This document shows positions 61,537-64,000 of a stretch of 64,000 nt of DNA, one piece after another. Each line of letters begins with the position of its first letter. Position 1 is the first letter of the stretch. Below the pieces are notes generated by a model that had not been told where the DNA came from, ran no database searches, and saw nothing but the letters and a program-made list of their open reading frames with translations. Made by a program: the position numbers and the translations under genes. This stretch comes from the human T2T-CHM13v2.0 reference genome, Homo sapiens. The DNA is taken from assembly GCF_009914755.1 (NCBI RefSeq), contig NC_060926.1; one strand, 5' to 3'.

Positions 61537-62989
61537 ACCCAGGTTCTGGCTTAGGCTAGTTGGTAGACAGTTGGTGCCTTCTACAGATATAGGAAATCAA
61601 CAAAAAGGAGCAAGTTTAGAGGAAAGATATTCAGTTTAAATTTGGACATACTAGGTTGAAAGTGCTTCTGTGGCATCCAAATGCTTTTGTCATTAGACAG
61701 ATGGATGATTTGGTCTGTAGCCTAGGAGTGAGAACTGACCAAGAACTATGTTTGGCAATCTTTAGAAAACAGCAGATGATGGAAGCAATGAAAGAGAGTT
61801 TTGAATGAGAAAAGACCCTAGGACAGAGACCTGAGAGGCAGTTCACTTTATAAAGGGCATACAAAGCTCTTTTGAGCTGAAGTACCTTTTAAAAAGCTGG
61901 GTTTTATATGCCGGTTGAAGGCAGCAGAGTGTAGACAGAGTACATGTTCCACGGTTCTGGTTTGGGGGCTAAATTCAGCAAGTGTGTCTTAGGTCCAGAG
62001 AGTTAGTTACACCTCACAGCTTCTCCGAGTTTGATTCTGTCCTGTTGGTCACATATGTCACAGCTCTCAACAGATACAACAATAAGCACAAAGGACTGAG
62101 AAGGCCAATTTATATTGCCTTTTTCTAGGCTATATGCAAAGGCCATTTCTAAAATCTTCGTTATGGAAACACATAACAAGTTGCAATTTCCTTCTGATTA
62201 TTAGGAAGGACAAGGAAGGGCAGAAATGTTCTTCTCTGCTCAATGATCCATGCAGTTTGAACGATATCCATCGTAGGCAAATTCAAGGCAGAGATAAGTT
62301 GAGATGTATAGCTCAGCAGCTCTCATAAACGAATTTAGTTCAGGTTGAATTAAGGTGATCTGTGAAAATGTGTTCCAAAACGATTCTCTTCAGTATTGGG
62401 GACACCAAATCATTGTGAAAAATGGCTTAGCACTTTTGGTAAATGTTTCTATTATAGCCTCATAACTCTATAGAAGTTAGACTAGGGACCTCTAATGAGC
62501 TTATTGAAATGGTGACCACTAAATACTATTTAATATTTGCTGTCCTTTTCTGAAGGCAAAAATATCTCTTCATTATGTTTTTGCTGACTGTTCTCAGCTC
62601 TATTGTAAATGGGTAGAAAGACCATATTTTCCCGGCAGGGAAAAAACAGTCTGCTAAAGCTAGGAATTACAAGTGATTGTTCTTGGTGAATAAGGGTGAT
62701 GGCACTTGAAAGAGACAGGGACTTTTTCTGCTGGAGAATTCTACAAGCAGCATTTTCAGATTTAACGGAAAATGTCAGGCGTCAGATTTCTCTCATTGTT
62801 TACTTATCAACCTAGGCCAAATTCAGCTTAGAACTACTTCAATCCCACTTTATAATGTGTTGCAGGGATCAAGGAGATGTTAAGGAGGCCAGGGAAGGTT
62901 TCAAGGCATGGGGCACTTCCGGAGGAGAACTAAAGAAGTATGATTTCACTGGCTACTGAAAGGGAAGGGATTAAGTCTCTACATTCAGT

Positions 62990-64000
62990 ACAATTGGGAA
63001 TCATTAAGTATTTCAAACATTTGGAAAGCATGAGAAGATTTACCTTTGGAAAAAAAGATCACTTGGGTAACTGACTGAAAGGAAGAAAGAGTTTATAAAA
63101 GTGAATCAGTTAGGACCCTATTGCAATTGAGTTGTCCAGGTAAGAGATACTGATAGGTTGTATGAGGGCAAAGATGGTGGTTATGTACATGAAAATATGT
63201 ATTTGAGACATAATTAATATGTAATCTAGGCAGGATTTGAAAATAGATGCAGAACAAAGAAGGAAGTTGTAAGAATCACCTTAGGAGGCTGAATAACTCT
63301 GGAAGAGGTCCAGTTTCTACTAATTAGTTAGTTAGGGTGCAAAGTGGGATAAGTTGGTACAGAAAGATTATTGACTTGGTTTTGGACATTTTAAGAATAA
63401 AGTCTTATGAAGACATCAAGGTGTAGAAGTACAGTAAGCAGGTGAATATACTGGTCCGAACTGCAGGGGTAGTCTAGCCTGGATATAAAGATTGGTGAGG
63501 ATCCTGCATTGGTGGTAATTAAAGCTAAAGGAATAAATATATTCTTGTAGGGGGAGGATACTGAGTAAAGATCTTGGACAGGACTGAGGACCTACAAAAT
63601 TTAATGCTTAGGAGAGAAGGAGATGTCAGAAAAGGGGGATAAGCAGTGAATAGGAGAAGAAGAAGGACAATGAGATATCTCAGAAGCAAAGGAATGAGTG
63701 TTGTAAGAAGGATGAAGCATCAGCAATATCAAGTAAGATCAGAATTGAGACACATCCCCTGGATTCAGTGACATGGAGACATTTTGTGAAACAATGAAGA
63801 AAAGAAAGCACATTTGAGTAGAATATGGGCAGTGAGTACATGTAACGCCTTATGAAATTTGACTCTGCAAGGAAATAGAGAGACAGGGTATTAGATGAAT
63901 CAGGAGGGAAATGGCATGTCAAGAGGGGTTTTTGTTTACTTGTTCTTTATATGGGGGACACTTGATCATGTTTAAAAGTAAATAGATTAAGAACAATAAT
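62990..64000 (-). mobile_element. L2 internal fragment
   Basis: 'aaagatcacttggg...gtccaggtaagagat...ggttttggacatt...cccctggattcagtgacatggagac'. Confidence 0.7.

Larger units (their letters stand above)
59490..61870 (-). mobile_element. L2 element fragmented by a nested + strand L2 (~60080-60530), an MLT1H-like LTR and an Alu
   Basis: Antisense L2 3' end 'ttattcatttatt...actgagcacccactctgtgcca'. Continuations at ~60530-60780 and ~61540-61870. The + strand L2 ends 'ctccacgagggcaaggac...ctagaacactccctggaacatggtagg...tgaatgaa'. Confidence 0.6.

Noticed and set aside
57675-62332. Shared 11-mer TCGTTTATGAG in inverted orientation at ~57675 and ~62322
   Set aside because: Many 11-mer matches are expected by chance in 64 kb.
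62243-62390. Minus-strand ~50-codon frame (…ITLIQPELNSFMRAAELYISTYLCLEFAYDGYRSNCMDH*) after ttttcacag as a terminal coding exon
   Set aside because: Short, weak pyrimidine tract and no recognisable homology; consistent with chance.

Overview
This is primate (probably human or great ape) AT-rich genomic DNA, intronic or intergenic, dominated by transposable elements. I recognise no cellular protein-coding gene, RNA gene or CRISPR-like array. Every protein-like ORF in the track comes from LINE-1 (L1). The left third holds three + strand young L1s. L1#1 is a full-length L1PA6/7-type copy with a target-site duplication (TSD) at 4358-10471. L1#2 is a 5'-truncated L1PA3-type copy at ~10785-12130. 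L1#3 is a near-full-length L1PA4-type copy at ~18075-23500, inserted into a MIR. All three are coding-dead. The rest is older L1PB/L1M, L2, MIR, four Alus, MaLR/ERVL solo LTRs, DNA transposons (MER20, MER33, Tigger3, MER63) and microsatellites. I found no evidence for a new biological system. The best observations are: (i) short tracts where neighbouring L1s of different subfamilies share apparently private substitutions, suggesting repeated ectopic gene conversion; (ii) an open antisense ORF0 with an intact splice donor in L1#1, facing strong minus-strand acceptors; (iii) atypical L1 junctions. Subfamily names and consensus states are from memory and need confirmation with RepeatMasker/Dfam.
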